Shown in pieces: positions 62,612-64,000 of a DNA stretch of 64,000 bases (positions within the stretch are counted from its first letter, which is position 1; each line of letters opens with the position of its first letter). The position numbers were made by a program, and so were the translations under genes. This DNA comes from an uncultured cyanobacterium (GTDB lineage Bacteria > Cyanobacteriota > Cyanobacteriia > Cyanobacteriales > CAWUOF01). The DNA lies in assembly GCA_963744145.1 (NCBI GenBank), contig CAVUSO010000001.1, positions 6,112,001-6,176,000 on the forward strand. The letters run 5' to 3'. The notes beneath the pieces were generated by a model. That model was not told the origin of the DNA, searched no databases, and saw nothing but the letters and a program-made list of their open reading frames with translations.

Positions 62612-63355
62612 TTAAGAAGGATCAGGCTCAATTCCCAGCGATCGCAATTGTGCTGCCAATTTTTCGGCTCGATGGTTCGCTTCTAGCTGGGCTAATTTTG
62701 CTAACTGTGCTTGTTGTTGAGCTTCCATCCGGGCTAATTCTTCTAGCTGTAACGCTTCTTCCTGAGTTCTATATCGATCGCCTTTTTCATCATACCAATA
62801 TAACCACTCTCTTCTAATTCCTTCATAACTACCAATCTCTACCCCAATTCCTAAGCCAATTTCTGACATCCAGACCCGATTTCCTGGGATTAATTTATAT
62901 TCACCTGCGCTCAAATGGTACACCATTAACTGCGGTTGACGACGACGGAATGGTGCATAAATCACGTAATACAATACTCCTTGTTTCTCATATTCAATTT
63001 TCTTGCGTTTATATTCACCCCCTGGTTTTTTCGATACTACTTCGATCGTCAATTGGGGTACTACTCCGTTTTCTTCCCAATTCACATAGCTTAAACGTAG
63101 ATTTTCCCCCTTAATTCTGGGGACTCCTAAGCTTAAGAACCCATCGGGCGCTAAACAGGGTTTTTTTGGATCAAAATGCCAAGCCATATCAATTCCAAAA
63201 AACCAATCTTGCCGATCGCGCCAAATATAACTTAGTATAGATTTTAACAGATGACAAACTAAATCTTGTAATTCACTATCCACGGGTTGATCGTCAGAAT
63301 ATGGTAATTCTGCTGCGGTTGGGAGCTTTTTTTCTAGCTGGTTGTAAGTTAGCAT
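62612..63355 (-). CDS. Uma2/DUF820 family protein, copy 3 (1 tail repeat)
   Basis: Near-identical core; 247 aa. Confidence 0.88.
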   Translation of the reverse strand: MLTYNQLEKKLPTAAELPYSDDQPVDSELQDLVCHLLKSILSYIWRDRQDWFFGIDMAWHFDPKKPCLAPDGFLSLGVPRIKGENLRLSYVNWEENGVVPQLTIEVVSKKPGGEYKRKKIEYEKQGVLYYVIYAPFRRRQPQLMVYHLSAGEYKLIPGNRVWMSEIGLGIGVEIGSYEGIRREWLYWYDEKGDRYRTQEEALQLEELARMEAQQQAQLAKLAQLEANHRAEKLAAQLRSLGIEPDPS

Positions 63356-63433
63356 AGTTAGATATTATTATGAGCAGAAACTAACTTTTCTATCCTGATC
63401 ATACCATAAATAGTCAAAAGTTTATAATTAAGT

Positions 63434-64000
63434 TTAAGAAGGATCAGGCTCAATTCCCAGCGATCGCAATTGTGCCGCCAATTTCTCGGCTCGATGATTC
63501 GCTTCTATCTGGGCTAATTCTGCTAGCTGTGCTTGTTGTTGAGCTTCCCTCTGGGCTAATTCTGCTTGTTGTGCTTGTTGTTGAGCTTCCCTTCGGGCTA
63601 ATTCTGCTTGTTGTGCTTGTTGTTGAGCTTCCCTTCGGGCTAATTCTGCTTGTTGTGCTTGTTGTTGAGCTTCCCTTCGGGCTAATTCTGCTTGTTGTGC
63701 TTGTTGTTGAGCTTCCCTTCGGGCTAATTCTTCTAGCTGTAATGCTTCTTCCTGGGTTTTATATCGATCGCCTTTTTCATCATACCAATATAACCACTCT
63801 CTTCTAATTCCTTCATAACTACCAATCTCTACCCCAATTCCTAAGCCAATTTCTGACATCCAGACCCGATTTCCTGGGATTAATTTATATTCACCTGCGC
63901 TCAAATGGTATACCATTAACTGCGGCTGACGACGACGGAATGGTGCATAAATCACGTAATACAATACTCCTTGTTTCTCATATTCAATTTTCTTGCGTTT
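63434..64000 (-). CDS. Uma2/DUF820 family protein, copy 4 (5 tail repeats; 5' end beyond window)
   Basis: Frame open to the window edge; five ELARREAQQQAQQA-type units. Confidence 0.85.
   Translation of the reverse strand, partial: KRKKIEYEKQGVLYYVIYAPFRRRQPQLMVYHLSAGEYKLIPGNRVWMSEIGLGIGVEIGSYEGIRREWLYWYDEKGDRYKTQEEALQLEELARREAQQQAQQAELARREAQQQAQQAELARREAQQQAQQAELARREAQQQAQQAELAQREAQQQAQLAELAQIEANHRAEKLAAQLRSLGIEPDPS
63520..63729 (-). repeat. 42-bp coding tandem repeat (14-aa coiled-coil unit) x5; x3 at about 61789-61914, x1 in copy 3
   Basis: GCTAATTCTGCTTGTTGTGCTTGTTGTTGAGCTTCCCTTCGG units; boundaries approximate. Confidence 0.9.

Noticed and set aside
63520..63729. 42-bp repeats as CRISPR or diversity-generating retroelement template/variable repeats
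   Set aside because: They are in-frame coding repeats without spacers; there is no reverse transcriptase in the window, and differences between copies are not adenine-specific.
61741..63807. Plus-strand hydrophobic repeat ORFs (61741-61992, 63472-63807)
   Set aside because: Antisense shadows of the Uma2 coiled-coil repeats.
1..64000. Abundant GCGATCGC octamers as a novel repeat
   Set aside because: This is the well-known cyanobacterial HIP1; it was used only as a taxonomic clue.

Overview
This is an AT-rich cyanobacterial chromosome segment, judged from very frequent HIP1 octamers (GCGATCGC) and psbV/psbV2/petJ/psbY; hetZ-patU suggests a filamentous lineage. Most of it is housekeeping: accD, queD, uvrB, rpe, proA, MlaD/MlaF, YvcK, tsaE, pyrC, dxr, perR-peroxiredoxin, sbp and folC. 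The accessory or unusual parts are: (i) a head-to-tail array of at least 4 near-identical Uma2/DUF820 nuclease-fold genes whose C-terminal coiled coils carry 0, 3, 1 and 5 copies of a 42-bp unit; (ii) two MITE-like elements with shared TIRs and 3-bp TNA target duplications, each wrapping a different REP-type cargo, one of them inserted in a relic gene copy with a HIP1-bounded deletion; (iii) several intact ORFs that appear to have lost catalytic residues (cyanoexosortase B, a LepB paralog, an HsdR N-terminal domain, an ALDH, a CBS-PAS-Hpt kinase remnant); (iv) a sigma factor / sensor-less STAND NTPase / kinase-TPR module; and (v) a two-component-linked detox cluster (OYE, SOD, ALDH, DLH). Three conserved genes carry frameshifts that may be assembly errors. 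No rRNA, tRNA or CRISPR array was seen. All family calls come from motif recognition by eye, not database searches.
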